Made by a program: the position numbers and the translations under genes | Shown: piece by piece, positions 40,343 through 50,499 of the stretch | Layout: each line of letters begins with the position of its first letter | Numbering within the stretch: position 1 is the first letter of the stretch | The notes under the pieces: generated by a model | Database searches by the model: none | Seen by the model: only the letters and a program-made list of their open reading frames with translations | What the model was told of the DNA's origin: nothing | From: a bacterium UBP13_UBA5359 | GTDB taxonomy: Bacteria; UBP13; UBA5359 | NCBI GenBank assembly: GCA_002410925.1 | Contig: DHPR01000033.1 | Span: 268,397 to 332,396 of the forward strand | Direction: 5' to 3' | DNA length: 64,000 bases

Positions 40343-41155
40343 CTATCCTCTATCTGCTTCGTAAATACATTTTACAGGGCATTTCTGTACGCATAATCCG
40401 CAGCCAGTGCATAAATCAAAATTGATCTTCGCCGGACCATTATCAAAGGAGATAGCCACAGTAGGACAAATATCGGCACATTTATGGCATTTAATACAAC
40501 TCTTACTGCAAACCTGCCGTGCTATTTTTGCCGCTTCTCCTGAATTGCAGAGAACCTGTACGCCAGCCCTTTTCGGCATCATGACCATAACTTGCCTGGG
40601 ACAAGCATCAACGCATAGGCCGCATCCAGTACACCTGTCTCCGTTTATAACAGGCAGCTTCAGGGAAGACATCGTTATAGCGCTGAACGGACAAACACCG
40701 ATACATGTACCCATACCCAGACACCCATGCCGGCACTTTTTAGGCCCGCCGTAAAAACGTGCCGCAGCTCGACAATCTTCCAGGCCGGAATAATTAAAAA
40801 TCCTGGCGGATGTATCATTATTACCGCGACATTTGACTACCGATATCATTTTATCGGAGCTGATATCCATTCTCTCTTCCTGTCCGATAATATCTGCTAT
40901 ATGCTCTCCGATCTCCTTTCCAGAGACCGGACACCCGGTTATAAGAGCGCTGCCGGTAACAAGAGCTTCAGCATATCCGGAGCATCCTGGATAGCCACAG
41001 GCACCACAGTTGGCGCCGGGCAGCTCCGCCAGCACAGCATCAATGCGTGGATCTCTGGTAATGGTAAAAGCTCTGGCGGCATAGGCCAGGCCGGCACCTA
41101 GAATAAAGCCCAACGCAGCCAGGACGGCCACCGATAAAATTATATTAGAAATCAT
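40343..41155 (-). CDS. rnfB: Rnf complex subunit B
   Basis: N-terminal TM, LPGANCGACGYPGC, several CxxCxxCxxxCP motifs. Confidence 0.93.
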   Translation of the reverse strand: MISNIILSVAVLAALGFILGAGLAYAARAFTITRDPRIDAVLAELPGANCGACGYPGCSGYAEALVTGSALITGCPVSGKEIGEHIADIIGQEERMDISSDKMISVVKCRGNNDTSARIFNYSGLEDCRAAARFYGGPKKCRHGCLGMGTCIGVCPFSAITMSSLKLPVINGDRCTGCGLCVDACPRQVMVMMPKRAGVQVLCNSGEAAKIARQVCSKSCIKCHKCADICPTVAISFDNGPAKINFDLCTGCGLCVQKCPVKCIYEADRG

Positions 41156-41210
41156 CGGTATGGCCTCCTCATGCCATTATAACCGTATCGTCACACAATA
41201 TCCACTGCCC

Positions 41211-41795
41211 TCATTTTACCATGCCGGCAAATCCGAAAAATGCCAGGGAAAGGAGGCCGGCGGTTATTAATGTTATCGGAGCGCCACGCAGGGCCGGTGG
41301 CACATCGCTCAATTCAATCCGCTCTCTTATTCCAGCCATCAGCGTTATAGCCAGGGTAAAGCCTATTGCTGCTGCGGTGCCGTTAACCAGACTGAGTAAA
41401 AAACTGTAACCGGCTCTGATATTAATTACCGCTACGCCAAGAACAGCACAATTGGTCGTTATTAAAGGCAGATAAATGCCCAGCGCCTGATATAAAACCG
41501 GACTGCTCTTTCTGATCACCAGCTCAACAAATTGAACAAGCGCCGCTATGACCAGAATAAAGGCTATAGTCTGCAGAAAAATCAGATTCAACGGCAGCAG
41601 GATATAATATTGCACTATCCAGGTAAAGGCTGAAGCTATAGCCATGACAAAGATGACGGCCATACCCATGCCCAGAGAGGTTTCCAGTTGCTTGGATACT
41701 CCCAGATAAGGGCAGCAACCTAAAAAACGCTGCAAGACATAATTATTTATCAAAACAGCACCGATGATAACAATCATTATCTCTCTGATATCCAT
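41211..41795 (-). CDS. rnfA: Rnf complex subunit A
   Basis: NNYVL.RFLGCCP, LPLITTNCAVLG. Confidence 0.95.
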   Translation of the reverse strand: MDIREIMIVIIGAVLINNYVLQRFLGCCPYLGVSKQLETSLGMGMAVIFVMAIASAFTWIVQYYILLPLNLIFLQTIAFILVIAALVQFVELVIRKSSPVLYQALGIYLPLITTNCAVLGVAVINIRAGYSFLLSLVNGTAAAIGFTLAITLMAGIRERIELSDVPPALRGAPITLITAGLLSLAFFGFAGMVK

Positions 41796-41807
41796 ACCTT
41801 TTTCTCC

Positions 41808-42431
41808 TCAATGATGTTTTGTAAGAAGATTCATTAAGCCTATCATCAGACCGAGCATTATAAATGCTCCCGGAGCCAGAATCGTTATCAGAGCCGGATC
41901 ATATGATCCATAGATAATTTTCAAAGAGAACTGCGGCAGGCCAAACATCTGATATGCGTTGGAGAGACTGCCGGTACCGATAACTTCACGCGCAGCCCCC
42001 AGCAAGGTAAGTGCCCAGGTAAAGCCTAATCCCATCCCCAGGCCATCGGCTGCTGATCGCACGACGTCATATTTTCCGGCAAATGCTTCGGCCCTGGCCA
42101 GAATAATACAATTGACCACGATAAGAGGAACGAAAATCCCCAGAACGCCGTACAGCTCAGGGGTGAAACCCTGCATTACCAATTGGACAACTGTTACAAA
42201 ACTGGAAATCACGACGATATAGGCGGGTATCCTTATATCTTCCGGGATAACTTTACGTAGAAGAGAGATAATGGTATTGGAGCATACCAGCACAAAAGTG
42301 GTGGCCAGACCCATACCGAGGCCGTTAATGGCAGCAGTGGTAACCGCCAAGGCAGGACACATTCCCAATATAAGCCTGAAAGTCGGGTTTTCCCGGAAGA
42401 GCCCGTTGCTAAAATCTTCGACAGGTCTCAC
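41808..42431 (-). CDS. rnfE: Rnf complex subunit E
   Basis: ENP...LGMCPALA, PLIVVNCIILARAE. Confidence 0.95.
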   Translation of the reverse strand: MRPVEDFSNGLFRENPTFRLILGMCPALAVTTAAINGLGMGLATTFVLVCSNTIISLLRKVIPEDIRIPAYIVVISSFVTVVQLVMQGFTPELYGVLGIFVPLIVVNCIILARAEAFAGKYDVVRSAADGLGMGLGFTWALTLLGAAREVIGTGSLSNAYQMFGLPQFSLKIIYGSYDPALITILAPGAFIMLGLMIGLMNLLTKHH

Positions 42432-42964
42432 TTCAACCCCTCGCTATCATGGAGATACTGATCCACCGCACTCTTCACACCGCTTGTCACAGCCCTGGAA
42501 GTTATTGTGGCTGCAGTTACGGCATCGATCTTTCCTCCATCTATCCTCAATTTCAGTTCTTCTGTACTCTTACCGGCATACTGCCTGAGAAAGGGCGGCT
42601 GCGCCGCTTTGCTGCCCAGCCCAGGCGTTTCGCTTTGCGATAAGATACTGACCCCGGTTACCCTTCCTGCCGGATCCATGCCGACTATGATAACAATGTC
42701 GCCGCCATACCCCTTGCCCGTGACAGTAAAAATCACGCCTATCCTTTGGCCATGCTGCCATCCCGTCTGGTATTTATGGCTACCGATTGTAACCTCTTTG
42801 AAAACATCGGCTCCGGGAAGAAGATCCCGGTATAATCTTTGCCTGGCCGCTTCCTCCTGTGCCTTTATCCTGGGTAATGTTATATTATATGTAAGCCCCA
42901 GCGCCAATCCGGCTACGGCGCATATCGCCAACAATGCCAAACCGAGCTTCATCACCTCTCTCAT
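42428..42964 (-). CDS. rnfG: Rnf complex subunit G
   Basis: Start MREVMK (ATGA overlap with rnfD); GYGG.I, ETPGLG, FMN site DAVTAATITS. Confidence 0.92.
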   Translation of the reverse strand: MREVMKLGLALLAICAVAGLALGLTYNITLPRIKAQEEAARQRLYRDLLPGADVFKEVTIGSHKYQTGWQHGQRIGVIFTVTGKGYGGDIVIIVGMDPAGRVTGVSILSQSETPGLGSKAAQPPFLRQYAGKSTEELKLRIDGGKIDAVTAATITSRAVTSGVKSAVDQYLHDSEGLK

Positions 42965-43929
42965 CTCGCCCTCCTGCCGTAAATGCGAGGTCGCGTATAT
43001 CTGTCCAGCAGCGGTGTAGTTGCATTCATCAATAGAATAGAATACATAACTCCCTCCGGCAGTGAACCGAAAGCTCTTATCAGCATGGTCAGCAATCCGG
43101 CCCCCAATCCAAAATATATCCTGCCTCGTGGAGTAACAGGTGTTGTTACTGGACAGGTAGCCATATAAAAAGCTCCTAGAATGAGTCCTCCGGCCAAAAG
43201 ATGAAAGAGGGGGTCTCGCCCCAAAAGCAAGGCGGTAATCGCCACTGTCGATAGATAGGTTATGGGTATATGCCATGTTATCACGCGCTTATACATAAGA
43301 TATGCGCCACCTATTGATATGGCCAGAATAGATGTTTCCCCCAGACAACCGCCACGGTTGCCAAAAAACATCTGCCGGTAAAGAGATAGATTGCTTTCAA
43401 CATGCAGCAGCTCTTTGGCAGCCTGCAGATTACCTCCCATCTTCATTACAGCGAGCGGCGTGGCGGTTGCGACGGCATCGAACGGAAGAATCCATCTGGT
43501 CATAAGCATGGGCCATGCCGCAAGCAAGATTGTCCTGGACACTAGAACCGGATTGAATGGATTGTATCCCAAACCTCCATAAACCATTTTGCCGAGCCCA
43601 ATAGCTATCAACGCTCCGATAAAGGGCAACCAAAGCGGCACGGTAGGAGGCAGGTTATAGGCAAGCAGAATGGCTGTTACCAGAGCGCTGCCGTCTGCTA
43701 TAGTCACACGCCTTCCTATGGCTCTCTGCATCAGCGCCTCTGCGCCCAGTGCACTGGCAACGGTGATGAGAAGGATGAGCAGGCTGCGCAGACCAAAGAA
43801 ATATACTGCCGCAATGCCGGCTGGAGCAAGAGAGATGGCGACATCATACATCATATGACGTATATTATCCCGTCCTCTAACATGGGGTGCCGATGAGACT
43901 ATAAGCTCCCCGGATAAGGGATCAGCCAT
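42961..43929 (-). CDS. rnfD: Rnf complex subunit D
   Basis: SSAPH, GGLGYNPFNP, ATATPL, GCLGETS. Confidence 0.95.
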   Translation of the reverse strand: MADPLSGELIVSSAPHVRGRDNIRHMMYDVAISLAPAGIAAVYFFGLRSLLILLITVASALGAEALMQRAIGRRVTIADGSALVTAILLAYNLPPTVPLWLPFIGALIAIGLGKMVYGGLGYNPFNPVLVSRTILLAAWPMLMTRWILPFDAVATATPLAVMKMGGNLQAAKELLHVESNLSLYRQMFFGNRGGCLGETSILAISIGGAYLMYKRVITWHIPITYLSTVAITALLLGRDPLFHLLAGGLILGAFYMATCPVTTPVTPRGRIYFGLGAGLLTMLIRAFGSLPEGVMYSILLMNATTPLLDRYTRPRIYGRRAR

Positions 43930-43932
43930 TCT

Positions 43933-45267
43933 TCACCTTCCACGTTGTTTTTGCCTTTTATTATTTACCTCTGCCTTGGCATGCTTTATCGATTCCACAA
44001 GCGGTAATCTTCCTGGACATACGTAAGAGCAGCAACCACACTCGATGCAATCGAACAATCCATATGCCTCCACCGCTTGGTCATAATTTAGAGAACGAGA
44101 GTAGTGATAAAGAGCAATCGGCATCAGATAAACCGGACAGGCATCCACACAACGAGCGCATCTTATGCATACCACCGGGTCCTCATGAGATATATCCTCA
44201 TGCCGCATTAGCACAACGCCACCGATACTCTTAGTAAGAGTTACAAGTGTTGTAAAGAGAGAGATGCCTGTCATTGGGCCGCCGATAATGACCTTGGCGA
44301 TTTTTCCCTTATAACCTCCGCATTCGCTTATCAGTTCTTCTATACTGGTACCGATACGGGCAATCAGATTCCCGGGAGCATTTACACCCGGTCCGGAAAT
44401 AGTTACTCCCCTGGATATCAGAGGCATCCCCGTTGTTATCAGTTCAAAAATTTTAGCAGCGGTAGCTACATTGTTGACCACAACTCCTGCTTCAGACGGC
44501 AGACCACCTGAAGGCACTTCTCTATCCAGGAGCACTTTGATCATTTCCTTCTCTCCGCCCTGTGGATATTTGGTATCAAGGGCGATTACGCTTATGTTGC
44601 CACCCACTCCGGCAGCTTGCCTTATTGCCGTTAGTGCATCCGGCTTATTAGCCTCAATGCCGACAAGGATTTTAAGATTACCGAGTATATGAGAGATGAT
44701 TAGGGCACCGCCAATCACCCACTCAGGGTGCTCTACCATCAGGCGGTGATCAGCGGTAAGATAATCTTCACATTCCGCCCCATTAATAATTACGGTATCG
44801 ATGCTTTTATCAGATTGAGGCGCCAATTTGATATGCGTTGGGAATGCAGCTCCGCCCATGCCGACAATGCCGCCTTCCCTAATAATCTTTCTGAGTGTAT
44901 CGGGATCGAGGCGTTCCCAATCAGGATGCGGCGTTATATCAGGATAGAGTTCATCCTCTCCATCGTTCTCAATGACTACACTCAGCACATCCCGTCGCAT
45001 AACGTGGAAACGCGCCTCCAGAGCTATCACCTTTCCAGATACAGGTGAATGTACCGGCGCGGTTATCAAAGCTTCGGCATCACCGATCTTTTGCCCCATA
45101 AATACATGGTCACCGACGTTTATTTGAGGAATACAGGGGGCACCGACGTGCTGAATCAGCGGTACTACAGCAACAGCAGGTGCTTTAGCTATTACTGTCG
45201 GCTTACCGGCGGTTGCCTGCTTATGGTACCTGAGATGAATACCCTGAGGAAACGTCTTATTACGCAA
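43933..45267 (-). CDS. rnfC: Rnf complex subunit C
   Basis: QHVGAP, GMGGAAFPT, NGAECE, YPQGGEK, CIRCARC/CIECGCC. Confidence 0.95.
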   Translation of the reverse strand: MRNKTFPQGIHLRYHKQATAGKPTVIAKAPAVAVVPLIQHVGAPCIPQINVGDHVFMGQKIGDAEALITAPVHSPVSGKVIALEARFHVMRRDVLSVVIENDGEDELYPDITPHPDWERLDPDTLRKIIREGGIVGMGGAAFPTHIKLAPQSDKSIDTVIINGAECEDYLTADHRLMVEHPEWVIGGALIISHILGNLKILVGIEANKPDALTAIRQAAGVGGNISVIALDTKYPQGGEKEMIKVLLDREVPSGGLPSEAGVVVNNVATAAKIFELITTGMPLISRGVTISGPGVNAPGNLIARIGTSIEELISECGGYKGKIAKVIIGGPMTGISLFTTLVTLTKSIGGVVLMRHEDISHEDPVVCIRCARCVDACPVYLMPIALYHYSRSLNYDQAVEAYGLFDCIECGCCSYVCPGRLPLVESIKHAKAEVNNKRQKQRGR

Positions 45268-45347
45268 CCGGGTTTCCTCCTCGAAGCAGCATATGGATTA
45301 TTCACTAGCCGGTAATTTAAAAGGCAATTATTATGCCTGGATAGCCC

Positions 45348-45818
45348 TTAGCGTCTGGCACCGATGTAGCGTGCCCTGTAATACCGAGATGATAACCGGT
45401 CCATGGTGACACGCCGCTTCGAGGATGATGCGTGGATAAATTTATCATTACCTATATATATACCGACGTGAGACGGCCCGCGTCGATAGGTGCTAAAAAA
45501 GACTCTGTCTCCAGGACGCAAAGCGCTCCGGCTTACCGGAGTACCAACTCTGTATTGCGCGGCTGAAGATCTGGGCAATCTTATACCACAACGATTACAA
45601 GTGGCCCTGACAAAGCCGGAACAATCATAGCCTCTCCTGCCGTTGCCACCCCAGACATAAGGCTTTCCCAGGCAGCGTTTGGCCCAGGTGACAATATCGT
45701 ATCTGCCGCCTTCGAAGGCTTTTGCCGCATGGCTCGAATTACCAGCGGCAAAAGCGGGTGAGTATATCATAAACGCCAGAATCATAACGGTATATATTTT
45801 AATGCACAACTGCGACAA
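45348..45818 (-). CDS. Secreted NlpC/P60 peptidoglycan endopeptidase
   Basis: PYVWGG...DCSGF, HVGIYIG, FIHASS. Confidence 0.92.
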   Translation of the reverse strand: MSQLCIKIYTVMILAFMIYSPAFAAGNSSHAAKAFEGGRYDIVTWAKRCLGKPYVWGGNGRRGYDCSGFVRATCNRCGIRLPRSSAAQYRVGTPVSRSALRPGDRVFFSTYRRGPSHVGIYIGNDKFIHASSSKRRVTMDRLSSRYYRARYIGARR

Positions 45819-45924
45819 GTTATTTTCTCCTAAAAACGGAACTTAATAATTCACCCGACATGCCTCCTGCAAGATGCATGCCGCGGGCATTTCTATCATA
45901 TGCTGCATATCGCTCGAAACTGCG

Positions 45925-45955
45925 CAAAGGCCGCGTACGATGTCCGCGGCCTTTG
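45925..45955 (-). terminator. Hairpin downstream of rpsI
   Basis: CAAAGGCCGCG...CGCGGCCTTTG. Confidence 0.65.
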
Positions 45956-45975
45956 ATTGTAATATGTATCTTTTT

Positions 45976-46392
45976 TTATCGTTTGGAGAACTGGAATGCT
46001 TTACGAGCTCTTTTCAGACCGTACTTTTTACGTTCCTTCTCACGAGGATCTCTGGTAAGAAAGCCTGCTCGGCGCAATACTGTTCGCAATGCTTCGTCGG
46101 AAGAGACTAACGCTCTGGCAATACCATGCCGTATAGCGCCGGCCTGACCGGCAACACCGCCACCGAGCGTTCTGGCAACTACATTAAATTTATCAGCCAT
46201 AGCTACTGTTACCAAAGGCTGCTTAACAAGCATCGCCAGCGTTTCGCGTCCTACATAATCACGAAGAGGCTTATCGTTAACCGTTATTTCGCCGGTACCG
46301 GGGATCAACCAAACCTTGGCAATTGCCTCTTTACGGCGCCCGGTGCCGTAATATTTTACTGCTGCTGCAGCTTTTGTTCGCGCCAAATTCAA
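45976..46392 (-). CDS. rpsI: 30S ribosomal protein S9
   Basis: [24 protein letters not shown]...QFSKR. Confidence 0.98.
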   Translation of the reverse strand: MNLARTKAAAAVKYYGTGRRKEAIAKVWLIPGTGEITVNDKPLRDYVGRETLAMLVKQPLVTVAMADKFNVVARTLGGGVAGQAGAIRHGIARALVSSDEALRTVLRRAGFLTRDPREKERKKYGLKRARKAFQFSKR

Positions 46393-46481
46393 TCCACTCC
46401 TTCAAGAAACCGCATATATTAATCGGATATCAGTATTATCCCGGATATATTGTGTAAACGCTGTCAACCTTAACGAAAACT

Positions 46482-46910
46482 CTATATTTCCATCGCTTCC
46501 GGCTTCTGGGCATCTTGCCCATGTTTCGCATCCTTGTATACCCTCAGCTTGCGGTACATCGCTCTTCCCAGACTATTATGAGGCAACATTCCCTTAACAG
46601 CCAGTTCAATAATCCTTTCCGGCTGCTTTGCCATAAGCTTTTCAAAACTTATAGCCTTCAATCCGCCAGGATACTGGGAATGTCGGTAATACATCTTATC
46701 CGCAGCCTTATTCCCGGTAACCCGGACTCTGGCTGCATTCAAAATTATGACATGATCTCCTGTATCCATATTAGGGGTAAAAATGGGCTTATGCTTGCCC
46801 ATCAGGACTTGTGCAACCTTGGATGCCAAACGCCCCAGCGGCACATCGGTGGCATCTACCACATACCATTTTCTGTTAATCTCGGTCGGTTTTGCCGAGT
46901 AAGTTCTCAT
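46482..46910 (-). CDS. rplM: 50S ribosomal protein L13
   Basis: WYVVDA...LGRLAS, GKHKP.FTP..DTGD, AVKGMLP. Confidence 0.98.
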   Translation of the reverse strand: MRTYSAKPTEINRKWYVVDATDVPLGRLASKVAQVLMGKHKPIFTPNMDTGDHVIILNAARVRVTGNKAADKMYYRHSQYPGGLKAISFEKLMAKQPERIIELAVKGMLPHNSLGRAMYRKLRVYKDAKHGQDAQKPEAMEI

Positions 46911-46943
46911 ACCTCTACCTCTTCCGTTGCTAATGACCTACCT

Positions 46944-46972
46944 ATTTTAATATATCGCCTATAGGATGTCAA
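46944..46972 (-). promoter_or_regulatory. Sigma70-type promoter of rplM-rpsI
   Basis: TTGACA-N17-TAAAAT. Confidence 0.7.
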
Positions 46973-47036
46973 CACGTACGTAAGGTGCTCGCTCGCTTAG
47001 GATTCATTTATCATCCCTTCCCAGACAGAATATATG

Positions 47037-47065
47037 TTGACTAAAAATTTACAGCAGGTTATAAT
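47037..47065 (+). promoter_or_regulatory. Sigma70-type promoter of tRNA-Leu(CAA)
   Basis: TTGACT-N17-TATAAT. Confidence 0.75.
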
Positions 47066-47075
47066 TTCTGTCAGT

Positions 47076-47162
47076 GCCGAAGTGGTGGAACTGGTATACA
47101 CGACGGTCTCAAAAACCGTTGGAGGTGACTCCGTGTCGGTTCGACTCCGACCTTCGGCACCA
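47076..47162 (+). tRNA. tRNA-Leu (anticodon CAA)
   Basis: GCCGAAG/CTTCGGC stem, ACGGT-CTCAAAA-ACCGT arm, long variable arm, GGTTCGACTCC, CCA. Confidence 0.97.
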
Positions 47163-47179
47163 GCTATTCCTGATACTTC

Positions 47180-47935
47180 TTAATCAACATCTGATTTTGC
47201 CTTTTTATATGAGCACGTATTGGTCAGCAATATGCTGAAAAACATATCGCCTCCTCTATCGGGAAGAGCCACACTGGCCGTAATGCCTCTCTCTTCACTC
47301 ATCTGCCGCGAGAACTCCAGGCCGATAAGCCCTTCCCCTCCGGTATTAGAGAATATATGTCCCAGAGTAAGCCCGGTGCGATCGTTGATATTATACCCCA
47401 GGCCAACAGCTGTAACGTTTCCTTCACCCTCAATATGGTCCGCTTTGAGGATGAACTTATCTCCAAAGCTTCCTTCTATGCCGGTAAAGAAACGATTTTT
47501 TCTATCCTGACGCATTGCGCCAAGATGCACCCTGTAATCGGAGATCGTATAAGCGGTTACTATGTAGGGAGTGGCTACTCTATCCGATGTTATATCGTAT
47601 ACTCCTAAAGCAACCCCGCCTTTTCTATCTTTATCAGAAAAGGCAAGGTACTTGGCATTGATCAATGACCTGGAAAGATCGTCAAGATCTATATCTGCTC
47701 CTGCCTCAAATCTATCGTTATAGCCAAACTCGCCGCAGACATATTTATAAGAGTTTTTTAGATCATTAATCTTTCCATCCACACCAAAATCAAGGTAATA
47801 GCTCCCGTCACAAACGATATCGATTGTTGGAATGCGCAAAAGCTTGCTCAACTCTGCCTCCGCTCTCTTGGCAAAGAGAGAGATGGCGCTTAAGAATATC
47901 AACATAGCAGCAGAAATAACGCTTATTCTTTTCAT
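47180..47935 (-). CDS. Secreted hypothetical protein, probable beta-barrel (loosely YjbH-like)
   Basis: Signal peptide; IPT.D, FEAGAD, INAKY, VHLG, alternating amphipathic strands; GGAGGAG RBS. Confidence 0.55.
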   Translation of the reverse strand: MKRISVISAAMLIFLSAISLFAKRAEAELSKLLRIPTIDIVCDGSYYLDFGVDGKINDLKNSYKYVCGEFGYNDRFEAGADIDLDDLSRSLINAKYLAFSDKDRKGGVALGVYDITSDRVATPYIVTAYTISDYRVHLGAMRQDRKNRFFTGIEGSFGDKFILKADHIEGEGNVTAVGLGYNINDRTGLTLGHIFSNTGGEGLIGLEFSRQMSEERGITASVALPDRGGDMFFSILLTNTCSYKKAKSDVD

Positions 47936-47973
47936 TTTAATTGCTCCTCCCGCCAAACGCTCGCTATCGGATA

Positions 47974-48792
47974 TCATAAAATATAGCGTTTGGCACCGAC
48001 AAAACGTGTTCTGTAATAAGATGTAAAGCGGGTAATAGTCACCTTACCGGCCGCTGAAGAGGCGTGAATAAAGGATTCATCTCCCATATATATGCCTACA
48101 TGAGAGGCGCCGGAGGCGTAAGTTGTAAAGAATACTGCATCCCCGGGAAGGAGATCTTCAAAAGCGATTGGCCGGCCTTCACGAAACTGATCAAATGATA
48201 CGCGAGGCAGGCGAACACCAACAGCAAGGAAAACGGCCTGTACAAACCCTGAGCAATCATATCCTGAAAGAGAGTCTCCTCCCCACACATATGGGATGCC
48301 GAGACATCTTTTAGCATTTTCGAGTATGGCATCTGCGGAACGACCGCTGCGGCTGATGCTTTCTGCAGTCTTGCTGCTTATGAAGGCCTTCCAAACCCAG
48401 CCCTCCCTGTCATTATCAATCCTGACATTGCTCCAGTCTTCGCTCTCATTTAAAAGAGTTACCCTTGTTCCTCTTTCCAATAATGCCAGCGAGCTGTAAT
48501 TAAGACCTGGTCCGGAGCGAAGGTTAACTGCATCGGCATTAAGGATACCTGAACTTTGCGATCTCTTTTTTAAGGTCTCATCGTTAATATCAAGAATTTG
48601 TCCGGGAGTTATTCGCCCGGGATCTTCTATGCCGTTAAACTTACAAATGGCCTCAACGGTTGTACCGAGCATTTTGGCGATAGACCATAAAGTATCACCG
48701 CTCTTAACCGTATATTGTGCCGCCATGCCAAGGCTGGGCAGAAAGAAAAACATAAGGATAAAGGCTAGGCATATCGTAGTACGTTTAAGCAT
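47974..48792 (-). CDS. LysM-SH3-NlpC/P60 cell-wall endopeptidase
   Basis: YTVKSGDTLWSIA; VNLRSGPG...EGWV; PYVWGG..DCSGF, HVGIY. Confidence 0.92.
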   Translation of the reverse strand: MLKRTTICLAFILMFFFLPSLGMAAQYTVKSGDTLWSIAKMLGTTVEAICKFNGIEDPGRITPGQILDINDETLKKRSQSSGILNADAVNLRSGPGLNYSSLALLERGTRVTLLNESEDWSNVRIDNDREGWVWKAFISSKTAESISRSGRSADAILENAKRCLGIPYVWGGDSLSGYDCSGFVQAVFLAVGVRLPRVSFDQFREGRPIAFEDLLPGDAVFFTTYASGASHVGIYMGDESFIHASSAAGKVTITRFTSYYRTRFVGAKRYIL

Positions 48793-48850
48793 GGTTATAT
48801 ATATTCGCCGGATTGAATAATTTTCCCTCTTTAATATTCCGCTTTGCAAG

Positions 48851-48883
48851 AAGGCGCCGGTAAAGCTTCTTTACCGGCGCCTT
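48851..48883 (-). terminator. Perfect 15-bp hairpin after htrA
   Basis: AAGGCGCCGGTAAAG-ctt-CTTTACCGGCGCCTT. Confidence 0.75.
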
Positions 48884-48921
48884 TCAGATAATCGAAGAGG
48901 TTCAGCGTATGGATAGGAGCA

Positions 48922-50388
48922 CTATTTTAAAGGCAAAATTACAAAGAACTTGCTGTTTTGCTGCCTTACCAGAAGAAGTACTTTATCGCTTGCAGCAGCT
49001 ATAGCCTTTTTATAATCTTCCATATCTTTAATCTGCTTGCGATCTACCGTTTCAATAAGCATGCCCGGACGCAACCCCAGATCCGCCGCCTTGCTGTTCT
49101 GCTCAACAGCAGCAATCAGAACGCCCGTCGTCTCTCCCTTAATACCGAACTTGGCAGCCAATTCAGCGGTAAGATTCTGCACCATAATGCCCGTTCTAGA
49201 AACCGCTGTATCCTTATCCCGGTTTGCTCCTTCCAGATCCGCCTCATTACGCTCCTGCACTGTTATCTTCAGCTTCAGTTCCTTCCCCTCACGATTTACA
49301 ACCATAAAAACCTTGTTGCCGGGAGCGGAAGCGGCAACAGCATTGCGAAGCTCGTTGGTATTAGCTACCTTTTTTTCATCCCAGGAAATAATAATATCAC
49401 CCTCGCGCACCCCGGCAGCGACTGCTGGCGCATCGGGAAACACCTGCGTTACCAAAACGCCCTTGATATCTTTGACACCCATGGCTTTGGCCAATTCAGA
49501 GGTCATATCCTGAATGCCTACGCCCAGATAACCACGGACGACCTTTCCATCCTTCACAAGTTGATTCATAACATCTTTAGCCATATCAATAGGTATAGCT
49601 AAGCCTATGCCTGCATTAGCCTGTACCACCCCACCCGTTACAATAGCGGTATTAATGCCAATGACTTCGCCATCCATATTTACCAGGGGTCCGCCACTAT
49701 TGCCGGGATTAATAGCTGCGTCCGTTTGAATAAAATTCTCATACGCGGATATACCCAGGTTATGCCTTCCGGTATAGCTCACGATACCTGCTGTCACCGT
49801 CTGGCTGAGACCGAATGGGTTTCCAATAGCCAGCACCCACTCACCAACCCTTAGCTCCGCGGACGACCCCAACGGTGCCACCGGTAGGTTGTCAGCATCA
49901 ATTTTGATAACAGCAACATCGGTCGGTTGATCGCTGCCTATAAGCTTTGCCGGCAGTTTTCTACCATCCGACAGCTCAACATTGATCTCATCCGCATTAC
50001 CCACAACGTGATTATTGGTCAATATATAACCGTTTTTGCTAACGATAACGCCTGAGCCTGCGCCCTGCTTGCGATAGCTCTTAGGCTCGCTGCTCTGACC
50101 GCGCGGCCCGAAGAAGAACTCAAAGGGATTGAAATTGAAAGGGTCCTGAGAGCCTGAGGATTGCCCCTTTTCAATGGTAACCACCCGTATGAAGACTACC
50201 GCCGGGCGCACCTGTTCGACTACCTTAACAAACTCATCGCTGATAGCACGCAATGTCGGCGTTTGAACTGCTGCTGAAGCCTGGGCGGCTTCAGCATAAA
50301 ATCCTGTTGTCAAAATAATTACAGCAACCAGGGCGAGTGTTAATACTTCGCCTCTGCGCCATAATGATACAATGCTTGAACGATGCAT
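48922..50388 (-). CDS. htrA: DegP/DegQ (HtrA) serine protease with two PDZ domains
   Basis: GSGVIV...LTNNHVV, DVAVIK, QTDAAINPGNSGGPL, two PDZ; TTGACA-N17-TACTAT at 50419-50447. Confidence 0.95.
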   Translation of the reverse strand: MHRSSIVSLWRRGEVLTLALVAVIILTTGFYAEAAQASAAVQTPTLRAISDEFVKVVEQVRPAVVFIRVVTIEKGQSSGSQDPFNFNPFEFFFGPRGQSSEPKSYRKQGAGSGVIVSKNGYILTNNHVVGNADEINVELSDGRKLPAKLIGSDQPTDVAVIKIDADNLPVAPLGSSAELRVGEWVLAIGNPFGLSQTVTAGIVSYTGRHNLGISAYENFIQTDAAINPGNSGGPLVNMDGEVIGINTAIVTGGVVQANAGIGLAIPIDMAKDVMNQLVKDGKVVRGYLGVGIQDMTSELAKAMGVKDIKGVLVTQVFPDAPAVAAGVREGDIIISWDEKKVANTNELRNAVAASAPGNKVFMVVNREGKELKLKITVQERNEADLEGANRDKDTAVSRTGIMVQNLTAELAAKFGIKGETTGVLIAAVEQNSKAADLGLRPGMLIETVDRKQIKDMEDYKKAIAAASDKVLLLVRQQNSKFFVILPLK

Positions 50389-50499
50389 ATCCATACCCCC
50401 CAAAGAATTATCATTAATATAGTAGCCAATGGCAAATATATTGTCAATTATCAGCTTCAAGCGCTTTTTATGCACAGCAACCTATCTGAAAGCCGCATA

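Noticed and set aside
42428-43276. 282-aa extended RnfG and its TAAT flavinylation motif as a novelty
   Set aside because: The extension overlaps rnfD and the true start is 42964; the TAAT variant is one I recall from other RnfG proteins.
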